Translations under genes and position numbers: made by a program | Part shown: positions 35,631-45,710 of the stretch, piece by piece | Layout of the letters: each line of letters opens with the position of its first letter | Position numbering within the stretch: the first letter of the stretch is position 1 | Source of the DNA: a virus | Taxonomy: Duplodnaviria; Heunggongvirae; Uroviricota; Caudoviricetes | Reading direction: 5' to 3' (one strand) | IMG/VR virus record: IMGVR_UViG_3300046524_000235 | Length of the DNA stretch: 64,000 nt | Notes under the pieces: generated by a model | Databases searched by the model: none | Seen by the model: the letters and a program-made list of their open reading frames with translations, nothing else | Told to the model about the DNA's origin: nothing

Positions 35631-35685
35631 AAAGCTAAAAGTTATAAGAGCAAAAAGAGCAAGGAGAAAACTTTTTCTCCGTAAT

Positions 35686-35700
35686 ACTCTTATACCAAAT
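35686..35700 (-). promoter_or_regulatory. promoter-like motif upstream of tRNA-Leu
   Basis: Plus-strand actcttataccaaat. Confidence 0.4.
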
Positions 35701-35710
35701 AACGTCCGTT

Positions 35711-36115
35711 TTAGGAACGGACAAATCCTATTCCATGACATGCATCTACGAAAATGAACGGTTGTTTAATTCTCGTATATAGCTGGTCAAGCCAAGCGTC
35801 AACTTCTTCGTTCTCGAATGACAATCTCAGCAATGCGTCGTACCGATCCCGGCTAATTGCTGCAACATCACTCGATGCTGTAAATCTAGCCTTCAGATAA
35901 TCGTAGTCAAGTTCAGCAAGAGTTTTTGGTTTCTCAGGTTTAGCAGGCGCTGGATTGGCTTCAGTATTCCAACTATCGAAAACTACCTTACCATCTTTGT
36001 CAGTGATAATAACCTGACCTGGTCTTCCATCTTCCCCTAGAAAAACCTCTGTAGATCGCTTCTTAAAAATTGAGGATAAACGGGAGCCCAGCCAAGCAAA
36101 TAGCGTCAGCTTCAT
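35711..36115 (-). CDS. hypothetical protein (134 aa)
   Basis: Intact ORF. Confidence 0.4.
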   Translation of the reverse strand: MKLTLFAWLGSRLSSIFKKRSTEVFLGEDGRPGQVIITDKDGKVVFDSWNTEANPAPAKPEKPKTLAELDYDYLKARFTASSDVAAISRDRYDALLRLSFENEEVDAWLDQLYTRIKQPFIFVDACHGIGFVRS

Positions 36116-36617
36116 GATCTGTCTTAATTTCCTTTACGTTGGCAACGGCTTTCGCTGCTGCGATGCTAAATTTCTTATCCAGCTTATCGCTGGGGTTTTG
36201 AAAGCCTTGTTGCTTGAACAAAGCCTTGACGATATTCATCTTCCAATCAATAGCCCTGAATAAACGTACTTCATGGCTAGTGTAATAATCGGTGCCTACC
36301 ATCAAAGCACCGACCATCATTGTAATCGTTTCACTTTCCGTAGTCACAACATTGTTGTACGGAACGTATCTCTCGATACAGACTTTGACATTGTCTCTCG
36401 GCCCTGTCAGAGCCATAGGAACGTTTTCGTCAATGATCTTAGAGATGTGATTGACTGTTCCAACAATACCCATTGTGGACGGGTTAATAGCAGAAGAGTA
36501 TACAAGCTCAATAGGCTCGCCTTCAGATACTTTCTTGACGATGGCAAAGCCCAGATTCTTCCAACCTGGATCAATGCCAATCCCAAACTTATGACTGGCA
36601 ACGACTTCGCTAATCAT
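36063..36617 (-). CDS. RuvC-like Holliday junction resolvase
   Basis: FGIGIDPGWKNLGFAIV N-terminal RuvC/YqgF-type motif, and acidic residues downstream. Confidence 0.55.
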   Translation of the reverse strand: MISEVVASHKFGIGIDPGWKNLGFAIVKKVSEGEPIELVYSSAINPSTMGIVGTVNHISKIIDENVPMALTGPRDNVKVCIERYVPYNNVVTTESETITMMVGALMVGTDYYTSHEVRLFRAIDWKMNIVKALFKQQGFQNPSDKLDKKFSIAAAKAVANVKEIKTDHEADAICLAGLPFILNF

Positions 36618-36864
36618 GCAAGTACGATCCGCTTTTCTTCATTCGGTGGTTCCTTCTTCATTGCATATTCCAGGAAATTAGCAACTGCGTTAGGACCGTA
36701 GAGTGTGCTCATCACTTCGATTGCCATATACTGATACTCGTCATTGGCAGTCTTAAGATCTCCGCTCATCGTAGCTGCGGCTGCTCTAATGGCGTATCTT
36801 TTTACTTCGTCCCAGTCAGGATCTGAAATCTGATCGGGAACAACGTAGGGTTCTCTATTAATGT

Positions 36865-37974
36865 TCATAGTTCAATATCATCAAATGTTGATTCATCAAG
36901 TGTATTAACGATACCCTTAACGTAGGAAGTCTTTTCAGTCTCTTGTGGAGCAGGCTGCATATCACCTTCATTCAGCCACTTACCCATCCAAGGAAGCGGA
37001 CGAGTCTTAGGTGAAGCATCAGGATATTCCATATGAATAGCCCGCATACGTTTTGCAGCTGTAAAGTCAAGTTCTGAATTAAGCATCGATTCATTAAGAC
37101 CGATCAACGAACCTTCTTTGAAAAGAAACTTGTTAAAGGTCTTTTCTTCACTCACGACTTCCATGAAAATATGCATGGATTCTTCAAGACAATCTTGTCT
37201 GATAACAAAGAATTCTTCATCGTCATCAGGTAGTGTACGAAGCAGCGCAGTCGTGAAGGCAACGTGCATCAATTCATCATTTGCAATCAACTTAATCAGA
37301 CTCGAATTACCGATCATACGGCCAGTCTGACCAAACGAAAAACTACAAGCGAAGGAAACAAAGAATCGAATACCTTCAAGAGCATTGATCGACTGCAGAG
37401 CCAGCCAAAGCTTCTTTTTCAGCTGATGCAAAGTAGTCATGTTAAGACGATACTTCGCAGTTTCCATCAACAGTTCATCGTAATAGCGGCTAATACTTTC
37501 ACCGGCCCTGACGATAATGTCAATGTCCTTAATGCTTTCCGTTACTTCTGTCGGATTATTATATACGTTTTTCAGAATGTGTTCATAAGTCATGTTATGA
37601 ACTTCTTCGAAATACGTGATGATATTGATACAACGTTTAATCATCGGATCCGAAGCCAGAGGTAGCAAAGCTTCTGCCAAGCCTAGACTCTGAATCGTAT
37701 CCAGCATCATTTGACGCTTAAGATTCGACGTAAAGATAAACTGTTCGTTAGTAGTTAGTACGTCATAGAAATCAATCTTGTCTTTCGTCAAGTTGATCTC
37801 AGTACGTTCCCACTTTGCTTCATCCATCGCCTGCGCTTGCTTCTCGAAGATCTTGTACTTGACAATATCCGAACGAGAAATATCAACAGTACCGGACTCG
37901 TCTAGAAACAACTTGATATCAAGCGGAGACTTGTCGCGGATTTTAAATACGTGTAGGGGTGATTCTTGTGTCAT
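36865..37974 (-). CDS. nrdB: ribonucleotide reductase class I small subunit
   Basis: Ferritin-like di-iron motifs (…EGIRFFVSFACSFSFGQ…). Confidence 0.75.
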   Translation of the reverse strand: MTQESPLHVFKIRDKSPLDIKLFLDESGTVDISRSDIVKYKIFEKQAQAMDEAKWERTEINLTKDKIDFYDVLTTNEQFIFTSNLKRQMMLDTIQSLGLAEALLPLASDPMIKRCINIITYFEEVHNMTYEHILKNVYNNPTEVTESIKDIDIIVRAGESISRYYDELLMETAKYRLNMTTLHQLKKKLWLALQSINALEGIRFFVSFACSFSFGQTGRMIGNSSLIKLIANDELMHVAFTTALLRTLPDDDEEFFVIRQDCLEESMHIFMEVVSEEKTFNKFLFKEGSLIGLNESMLNSELDFTAAKRMRAIHMEYPDASPKTRPLPWMGKWLNEGDMQPAPQETEKTSYVKGIVNTLDESTFDDIEL

Positions 37975-38494
37975 TCGCCAATCTTATACTCGTTAATAAG
38001 TCTAAGCATAAATTCGTTCTCTGCTTCCAGTCGTGCGCTCTGTGTAAGCATAGTTATAAATTCATGAGATAGACTGTCGTGCTTATCGCAAATCTTTAGG
38101 TACTCTCGCGCCAACTCTTGAGCGTCTACCGCAGTGTAGTTTTGACTAGGATAAATAAACTTATTAGCCAACGCATAATTTCGTCTACTTCTAGTGTATT
38201 CTAAAGCCCTATTTGCTATTGCCCAAATTATACCCATGATGAAAAAGCCGGGTTTCCCCGGCTCCTCTTATTCCCCTTCTATTCTATCCGCATCACTGAC
38301 TCTTACTTCATCAGTGCCGAACAGATCGAAGAACGCTAGTGTGTATGCAGATGCTTTCTCATACCCTTTGTCATGGTAGTAGTCTCCGAACTCCTGGAGA
38401 ATCTCACCGTCCATTTCGACAGTCACTTTCGTGTACATGTCGCTTTCTTCATTATCGAAATGTCTAACAATAACTAGATTGTACATCTTCTACC

Positions 38495-40792
38495 TCAAAT
38501 ATGGCAAGCGCCACCTTCACAACCTGCATCTGAATTATCCTCTACGAAACCGAGAATTTCTGCTTCGCCCGGCTTCTTTGTATTTTGGTAATAATGGTTT
38601 TTATTACCCAAGGAATAACTGTACATAATGTCCTGACCAAGAGTTGCTGAATCAAGCTTTTCATCTTTAAAGAACTTCGGGTTATACGACATGTTTACAG
38701 AAATAGCTTGGTCTACATACTTCTGTAGAACAGCGATTACTTCCAAATACCCACGTGGACTTCTTTGATCCCACAGCCAATCATAACTGTGTCTAAGTTC
38801 ATCGATCTCCGGAACTGCAATCGGAGGTGCTGCGTCTTTAGATGACTTAACAATGATCGGACCCATTGCTGGCTCAACGCCATTGGTTTCGTTTGACAGC
38901 TGGCTTGAAGTCTCTGAGGGCATCAGAGCCATTACCGTGCTGTTACGAATACCATGCTTCTGGATCATTGCACGGAGCCAAGCCCAATCCATGCGTTCGA
39001 CGTGCGGCAGGATCTTATCCAGCGCAGCAGTACGAGTCATGTTCGGAGTCCAGCCATCTGCATACTTTGTCTCTTTCCAAAGCGGGCAAGGGCCTTTCTC
39101 GATAGCCAGTTCCATCGACGCCTTAAGCAGATAGAACGACCAGGCTTCAGCAAACTCGTCAACCAGTTGCAGTGACATGCGGCTGTACGGCATACCCTTC
39201 TTTGCCAAGAAGTGAGCGAAGCCGATGATACCGATGCCAATAGGTCTACGAGCCATTGTAGACTGTCTTGCTGCCTCTACTGGGTAGTCTTGGTAGTCCA
39301 GTACTGAATCAGCCAGACGAACCGCTATACGGCACGGAACTTCAAAGTCTGATGGCTTGTTAATCTTGCCCCAGTTCACAGCACCGAGTGTACAGATGCT
39401 AATCTCTGAAGGAAAGCCAGCTTTGATATCGTCAAACGGAGTCGTCGGAAGAGTAATTTCAACGCACAGGTTCGTCATGTAAATGGGAACCTTGAACGAA
39501 GACTTATCATTGACGTGGTCAACGTTACTGATATAGATCCGGCCAGTGTTACTACGTTGTGTAATCAGATCATTAAAAAGCTTTTGTGCTGATACAGTAC
39601 GACGACGAATGCTTTTATCTGCTTCATACTTTTCATACAGATATTCAAAGGCAACTTGGTCTGCAAAGAATGCATCATACAGCCCTGGTACTTCATGTGG
39701 GCTGAACAGAGCCAGCTCTTTGTTCTCTTTAATACGCTTGTAAATGAACCTATTGAACTGAACACAGTAATCTGCTTGACGATTAGTCTGTTCTGCAGGA
39801 AGCGTTGAATCTTTAAGCAGAATTAGTTCTGGAGATTCGTAATGCCAAATCGGGAAGTTAAATGTTACCGCACCATCTCGCATACCACCTTGTGAACAAC
39901 TTTTGGTTGTTGCCGTCGCTTGCTTAATAAACGGAATCAAACCAGTATGTACTGCTTCACCACCTTTAATAGGACAACCGAGGCCACGATTACGACCTAC
40001 GTTTACACCTAGTCCAGCTTTGTTTGATACGTATCGTTGAATCGCATGGTTAGATGCGCTGATACTATCAATGGTATCCCCCATGTCTACTAGAACACAG
40101 GATGAGAATTGTTTTAGAATTGTACGAACACCAGACATAATCGGGCTGGGTTCACTGATGTCAAATAGACTCAATGCGTCATACGCTTCTTTGATAAGTT
40201 CCATGCGGTTAGTTTCGTTGCGCAGTAATACTGCAGGAACGAGAATAAACGGAATCTGGAAACTTTCGTAAATCTGTTTTGTTACTCGATTCTTACTAAG
40301 GTACTTGACACGCATTTGTTCTGCGCCAGCTAGACGAAACAGTTCATCACGATCATGATCAACCATTTTATTAAGCTGTTTCCATTCTTCCTCGTTATAC
40401 ATACCGAGAATATCTGGATCATACCGGCCAATCTCTATATTTCGTTTTACAGTGTCATACAGAGCTGGAACTTTATATGAACCATATGCATCCTTACGTA
40501 CGATAAAGGAGATGATCTTACCACCGACTTTATCATAATGTGACTTACCTTCGATCATCAGGCTTTTACAAGCTGAGACAATGAACTCGTTAATCTCACG
40601 AGTAGTCATATCATCATGAAAGTTCTTAGCGATTTCCATTTCCAATTCTGATGGAGAAACGCCTTCAATACCTTCACAACCATAAGCACATACTTTGTGA
40701 ATCTTATTACGTTCTAGTTGAACCTTTTTACCACTCTTCTTTGTTACATACTTCATTTGCGTTACTTCACTGTCTTGGTTTTCGATAATCAT
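38495..40792 (-). CDS. nrdA: ribonucleotide reductase class Ia large subunit
   Basis: 765 aa. N-terminal ATP-cone-like region, and conserved RNR alpha blocks (…NLCVEITLP…, C-terminal CEGGAC). Confidence 0.85.
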   Translation of the reverse strand: MIIENQDSEVTQMKYVTKKSGKKVQLERNKIHKVCAYGCEGIEGVSPSELEMEIAKNFHDDMTTREINEFIVSACKSLMIEGKSHYDKVGGKIISFIVRKDAYGSYKVPALYDTVKRNIEIGRYDPDILGMYNEEEWKQLNKMVDHDRDELFRLAGAEQMRVKYLSKNRVTKQIYESFQIPFILVPAVLLRNETNRMELIKEAYDALSLFDISEPSPIMSGVRTILKQFSSCVLVDMGDTIDSISASNHAIQRYVSNKAGLGVNVGRNRGLGCPIKGGEAVHTGLIPFIKQATATTKSCSQGGMRDGAVTFNFPIWHYESPELILLKDSTLPAEQTNRQADYCVQFNRFIYKRIKENKELALFSPHEVPGLYDAFFADQVAFEYLYEKYEADKSIRRRTVSAQKLFNDLITQRSNTGRIYISNVDHVNDKSSFKVPIYMTNLCVEITLPTTPFDDIKAGFPSEISICTLGAVNWGKINKPSDFEVPCRIAVRLADSVLDYQDYPVEAARQSTMARRPIGIGIIGFAHFLAKKGMPYSRMSLQLVDEFAEAWSFYLLKASMELAIEKGPCPLWKETKYADGWTPNMTRTAALDKILPHVERMDWAWLRAMIQKHGIRNSTVMALMPSETSSQLSNETNGVEPAMGPIIVKSSKDAAPPIAVPEIDELRHSYDWLWDQRSPRGYLEVIAVLQKYVDQAISVNMSYNPKFFKDEKLDSATLGQDIMYSYSLGNKNHYYQNTKKPGEAEILGFVEDNSDAGCEGGACHI

Positions 40793-41008
40793 TATTTGCC
40801 ATTACTGTCTGAGTAGGGTCATGGACTTATTCCATGACACGAATTCTTGGAGGGAATTCTTAGTATAACCGTTTCTCAGAATACTGCAGCAATGGCTTCG
40901 TCAGTATTTTTAGCACCGACATAATACCCATACTACGTAATACTTTTCTTTTTCCGACTAAAAAAAGAAGGTGCGAAATACCGCTACGCACCCCCTCTCT
41001 TCCGTACT

Positions 41009-41362
41009 TTACTGAACTGCCTTAATGAGTTCATTCGACAGACGTTCTGCCAAAGCATTGTCTTGCGCTTCGGTAGGGTCGTCTTGATTCACAGGCTCAC
41101 CAGTCGTAATGTAAAGCCAACGACCTTTCTTCAGAGCACCGATTTGGTTGGAGTCCGTAATTTCAGGACAGATTTCCCAACCAGGTTCGGTGCGAGGATG
41201 AAAACGACAATCCGTGGGAGCATTGTCAGGGCATGCGCAATAACGTGTCCGGATAGCTGTTGGATAAACAATAGCTGGACCTTCCGCGTTTGCGGCATTG
41301 AGACGGTCACGAAGACTGAACTCGAATGCCTGAATTTCTTCTACGTTTCTTTCAGACGACAC
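41009..41362 (-). CDS. hypothetical protein (117 aa)
   Basis: Intact ORF. Confidence 0.4.
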   Translation of the reverse strand: MSSERNVEEIQAFEFSLRDRLNAANAEGPAIVYPTAIRTRYCACPDNAPTDCRFHPRTEPGWEICPEITDSNQIGALKKGRWLYITTGEPVNQDDPTEAQDNALAERLSNELIKAVQ

Positions 41363-41710
41363 TTATTTCTCCTTATTGCACAAGTGTACTTGCAACTCGT
41401 TCCCGTTAGGGAGGCTCGGGTCGAGGACGGCGTAGCCGTTCTAAGTAGGGACCCGAAGTTTATTACCAGAAAGTTACTCGCTGGCCTTCGTTTTAAAACA
41501 CTAAAACAAACACATACTTGCAAGCTACCGTAAAACATCTACGGTATTAAAGGTACTACTGGGGTAAACTCGTGGTTGTGTACCTGGTCTGGGTAAAGAC
41601 ATCCTTCGATGTCTTCCCAGAGAGTAAAAGAGGAAGTAGCTTCCTCTACCATCTGCTATTACGATGACTATACTTTACCCAGATACTTATACCACGATTA
41701 CGTCATTTAT

Positions 41711-44131
41711 TTAAAGACGCGGATCCATTTCTTTCTCTTGGTTGAGTTGCGAGATCATCTTCACAATCAACTCAGTCATTGCAGGACCGTTGTCAGCCGA
41801 AAGCATCTTCGTTGCCAGTTCGAACTCCTTGATAGAGACCTTCAGTTTACCACCAACTCGCTTCTGCTTGCACAGTGCTTCGTAGCGACGTTTGTAGTCG
41901 AAGCCATAGACGAGAGTCAGGTAATTTTCATTCCGGACTTTCATATACGGTGCTACGTCTTCAGGTCCGGCGAGAGGTTTAATGACAACACCCTCCATGC
42001 CGTGTTCGATAGTCAGTTCCTTGAAGAAGTTTTCAGCCATTTGCAGCTGGCTCTCATCATCGAGATCGATGACCAGCCAGTCATCCCCATTCACTTCATC
42101 GAATGAGTCAGCTTGTTCAACGCGAGTAAATACATTGCCATCGATTTTCAGAATTGCAAACGGCTTGTAATATGGCTCGCCAGTTGCGGAGTACAGATTC
42201 AGCGTATCCGAAAACGTCTTCAGATCGTTCTCAAGCAAATCCTGAGCATCGATCTTCTGCTTAAAGTCAAGCTTAGCAAATTCTTCGTCCTGAGCAAGTG
42301 TCGAAAGCTCATAGTGTACAAGACCTTCATACGCTTTGAACTGCTCTTCAACAAGACCAGTACCAAGAGTCGTCCACGGCAGAAGCTCACCGTCCAGAAT
42401 AAGTTCATCGAACGAATTCGGAAGGAACTTTTCTTCATACTCAGCAAGAAGCTTCTGAAGCATAACAGTAAGCTCTTCTGTCATGCGAATCTTGAATCCA
42501 TTTCTGGAAACAAGGAAACACTTCTCCGGTTGACCGTGATACAGATACGCCTGACAACGTGAGCCCATGTACTTCGGTTGAATAGCAACCTGATCTACAC
42601 CCTTGTCTTTGAAGTACTTAAGACCAGCTTCAAGGCTTTCGATCTTACCTTCGGTTGACGGAGCCGGAGCCATCGTACCAGAAATGTACTTAATGCCGTT
42701 CTTCAGCGTACGATTCAAAAACTTCATGTCGTCTGGAGACAACTTATAATCATAAATGCTGAAGGGACGCTCCTTCAAACCGATAGGTACGGTCAAGTCA
42801 GACTTCAACTCTTTTTGATGCTCGACCAGCGACTCGGTCTTGACATCGACGTAAACATATCGATTGTTTTTGTACGAAAACGCAGTAAGCTTGTTACCGT
42901 ACACTGCTCCGGTATCCAGGAAGATCTTGTTACGGAACTCAATCTTACCGGCATTGTGAGCAACGTGACCGAATACATGAATAGGATGGTTACGAACAGC
43001 CTGATCGAAGATGAACTTGTACGCTTCACGATAGTCTTTATCACGACGACCGAAAAGATTACGCTGCGCCTTAAGTGCATCATTGCTCAGCTTACCCAGA
43101 TACTTGTTTTCACAAGGAGCATGGGTTACATACACGGTTCGTATATCCCGTCCAAATACTTTCAGGAACGGAGTAGAGTGATTGTCAAACAAGTCAACAA
43201 GCACGGCGGCAAGGTCAGGACGTTCCAGGAGAACCTTAAGTGAAGACATATACTTAGCCTCCAGTTCAAGATCAGGATTTTTGATTTCGCCCTTGATACG
43301 CTTCACAGCGTAGCTCTCATGGTTTCCGTGAATGATACGGCCACCTTCGTCAACAAACTTTGAAACCAGCCGAAGCATGTTCTCCGTGTCATTGCCTTTG
43401 TCTAGATAATCACCTACAAGAACGTTGATACTGTCCTTAGGCAACTTCTCCAGCATTTCAGTAAGACCCTTAACGTGCTCATGGGTATCACCGATGATGT
43501 TCAGCTCTTTGTTCGAAGTCAAGTACAAGCTGCTCTTGGCATAAACATCGAGGTCTTTGATTTCAACTTCGATATCAGCCCAGTACTTCGGATCACGTTC
43601 ACGGATACGGATGTTTCCGTCGTGTTCTTTTCGGCCAAGGTTAGGAAGAACGTGCTGCTTAAAACGAGCTGCACTGCTGTCTACTACTAGCTTTTCTTCC
43701 GGCGTAGATTCAGACGAATATGACTTATTGGTGTACTCGAAAGTAACCAGTTCAGTACGATACTCGTTGGTTTCCGCAAGAGTCCTGACTTTCTTTCGGA
43801 ACTCGTCGTTCATGCCAGTCGTATCAACGATCACGAACTCGCTGTTGACAGGGAACATGATCGCAGCTTCAAGTTTCGCCATCAAGACCTTAAACGCGGC
43901 CTCTGAAGCCTCCGCCATGAGCGGGGAATACCGATGGAGGTTCTTATGGCCGTAAAGGCTCTCACGCTCGGAATCGGAGCTGATAATAGGAATTGCACAG
44001 CTCGCTCCAAGCCCTGCTTTGGCCATTTCTTCGCCAAGCGCAAGTTGAAGTTGGTGTGAGAACGTGCTCTTACCGCACATCGAAGGTCCGACGAGAATAA
44101 AAACGGTATGGAGCTTAGTTTCGATTTTCAT
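41711..44131 (-). CDS. Pnkp-like RNA repair enzyme: polynucleotide kinase - metallophosphatase - ligase
   Basis: P-loop (VGPSMCGKST), calcineurin-like phosphoesterase motifs (GDTHEH, GDYLDKGN, GNHE), C-terminal KxDG nucleotidyltransferase motif (LKIDGN). Confidence 0.6.
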   Translation of the reverse strand: MKIETKLHTVFILVGPSMCGKSTFSHQLQLALGEEMAKAGLGASCAIPIISSDSERESLYGHKNLHRYSPLMAEASEAAFKVLMAKLEAAIMFPVNSEFVIVDTTGMNDEFRKKVRTLAETNEYRTELVTFEYTNKSYSSESTPEEKLVVDSSAARFKQHVLPNLGRKEHDGNIRIRERDPKYWADIEVEIKDLDVYAKSSLYLTSNKELNIIGDTHEHVKGLTEMLEKLPKDSINVLVGDYLDKGNDTENMLRLVSKFVDEGGRIIHGNHESYAVKRIKGEIKNPDLELEAKYMSSLKVLLERPDLAAVLVDLFDNHSTPFLKVFGRDIRTVYVTHAPCENKYLGKLSNDALKAQRNLFGRRDKDYREAYKFIFDQAVRNHPIHVFGHVAHNAGKIEFRNKIFLDTGAVYGNKLTAFSYKNNRYVYVDVKTESLVEHQKELKSDLTVPIGLKERPFSIYDYKLSPDDMKFLNRTLKNGIKYISGTMAPAPSTEGKIESLEAGLKYFKDKGVDQVAIQPKYMGSRCQAYLYHGQPEKCFLVSRNGFKIRMTEELTVMLQKLLAEYEEKFLPNSFDELILDGELLPWTTLGTGLVEEQFKAYEGLVHYELSTLAQDEEFAKLDFKQKIDAQDLLENDLKTFSDTLNLYSATGEPYYKPFAILKIDGNVFTRVEQADSFDEVNGDDWLVIDLDDESQLQMAENFFKELTIEHGMEGVVIKPLAGPEDVAPYMKVRNENYLTLVYGFDYKRRYEALCKQKRVGGKLKVSIKEFELATKMLSADNGPAMTELIVKMISQLNQEKEMDPRL

Positions 44132-45438
44132 GCTTGATCCTTGTTCTTAGTTACTACCACCATCGTCGAAGTAGCAATGTTATTTACACTATCACCGATT
44201 CCTTGAACAGAAATAGAGATTGCATGACCTTCCGAAACATTCCAGAACCAGTCACCGAATTCTTTAAGGCCCGGCTCCCACTTGTGATCATCATGACGGA
44301 ACTGTGTTTCGTCCATCAGATAGTTCACATTGAATTCCTTGTTAGGAACCGTGAGAATCAGCTTGTTGAAGTTAGTCTTCAGCACGGCTTGAATCAGCTC
44401 TGCTGCGACATCCTTTTCCATGTGTTCAAGCACTTCAGTGATGAGTACATCAGCTCCATCGAATAGAGCGCTGCAATCGTCAATTGATTCAGGAGTTGCT
44501 GCTTCTTTGAAGGTGATATTCTCAACTCCTCGACCACTGGCTTTCCCCACGGCGTTCTCACGTACTTCGTCATCCGCTTCATACGCAAGGATTTGTTCAT
44601 ACTTTGCACTGAGCGGGATCGAATAATTGAGTTCGCCGCACCCAATGTCAATGAGGACCGACCCTCCTCCCAAATGCGGGAAGATAGCCTCTTTACGTTG
44701 ACTGAGAGTGTCCCCGTGCCAGAGGTTAATACTGGGCGTATCGAGCAACGGCTTGTTTTTAGCAAAGGTTTCACGATTCGTAAACACATTCCGTTTAAAG
44801 AGGTATCGGATGAAGTAAGGTGCATCGATGCGATTAATTGCATTGATGTACTTTTCAATGATATCTCCCTTAAGGTTGACGTAAATGCTCTTTGTCGTAA
44901 CGCAGAACATCAAGAAAATAACCATTGCTGCATTCAGAAGATGATGAACACTAGGTCCGACAATGCGAACTTTGTATGCATGACCAGAAATCAGTTCTGC
45001 ATGAAAGCTGTAGCCTTGATCGAAACCAAACGGCCCATTGAAATGTTGCTCCATGTGCCTAAGCGTGCTTGCACTGCGAATCTCAACCGTAGTTTCGAGC
45101 CATGCGCTAAAAGGAACACTAGCATCTTCTTCCTGATGTTCTTTGAACGCAGTTGCCAGGCAGTTCGTCATCAGGCTAATCGGAAGGTACGGCGAAGCAT
45201 AGCGAGTACGATCAAGATACTCAAACTCCTGGTCCCGCCCTTCGGCAAATGAGCAGTGCAGAGCATGATCCTTGAACCACAACCTAAAAGCTTGGTCTCC
45301 TTCTAGAAACCATCCGTACACTGAACCTTGTCGGATGGACTTCTTAAACGGATCTTTCGATTCACGAATCGTTGCGGGGTTTTTCTGAATGACCCAAGAA
45401 AACTTCGGGTTACTAGACCCAAGAGTAAGCACTGACAT
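44128..45438 (-). CDS. Hen1-like RNA 3'-terminal 2'-O-methyltransferase
   Basis: C-terminal SAM-MTase motifs (VLIDIGCGELNY, DVLITEVLEHM). About 250-aa N-terminal domain. Translationally coupled to the Pnkp-like gene. Confidence 0.5.
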   Translation of the reverse strand: MSVLTLGSSNPKFSWVIQKNPATIRESKDPFKKSIRQGSVYGWFLEGDQAFRLWFKDHALHCSFAEGRDQEFEYLDRTRYASPYLPISLMTNCLATAFKEHQEEDASVPFSAWLETTVEIRSASTLRHMEQHFNGPFGFDQGYSFHAELISGHAYKVRIVGPSVHHLLNAAMVIFLMFCVTTKSIYVNLKGDIIEKYINAINRIDAPYFIRYLFKRNVFTNRETFAKNKPLLDTPSINLWHGDTLSQRKEAIFPHLGGGSVLIDIGCGELNYSIPLSAKYEQILAYEADDEVRENAVGKASGRGVENITFKEAATPESIDDCSALFDGADVLITEVLEHMEKDVAAELIQAVLKTNFNKLILTVPNKEFNVNYLMDETQFRHDDHKWEPGLKEFGDWFWNVSEGHAISISVQGIGDSVNNIATSTMVVVTKNKDQA

Positions 45439-45507
45439 TATTTAACCTTTTTGGAAGAGAGGTTTATGGACGACATAAATGATAGGACGAATCCTATCGT
45501 AATACTT

Positions 45508-45522
45508 CACTTATACCAAAAT
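45508..45522 (-). promoter_or_regulatory. promoter-like motif upstream of the Hen1-Pnkp operon
   Basis: Plus-strand cacttataccaaaat, next to a GATAGGA-CGAA-TCCTATC hairpin. Confidence 0.4.
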
Positions 45523-45710
45523 CATAGGTATTGTGTGAAAGGTCCAGTTGGATCTGGTTGGCGAGTGAAGGTTGCTGGGCCTTTAAAGGCGTCTTCATAA
45601 TAACCGCAAGACTTACATTCTACCCAAAGAGGTGCATTGACTAGACGGTGTTTATTCAATTCGCCGCATTCAGGGCATTCTTCTAGGATATTGGTCATTG
45701 CAGTTTCCAC
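45522..45710 (-). CDS. zinc-ribbon protein (62 aa)
   Basis: CPECG…CKSCG. Confidence 0.4.
   Translation of the reverse strand: METAMTNILEECPECGELNKHRLVNAPLWVECKSCGYYEDAFKGPATFTRQPDPTGPFTQYL

Noticed and set aside
40817-40840. Perfect 8-bp inverted repeat GTCATGGA-CTTAT-TCCATGAC upstream of nrdA, considered as an NrdR box
   Set aside because: It does not match the NrdR consensus (acaCwAtATaTwGtgt). It may still be an operator for another factor, but there is no further support.
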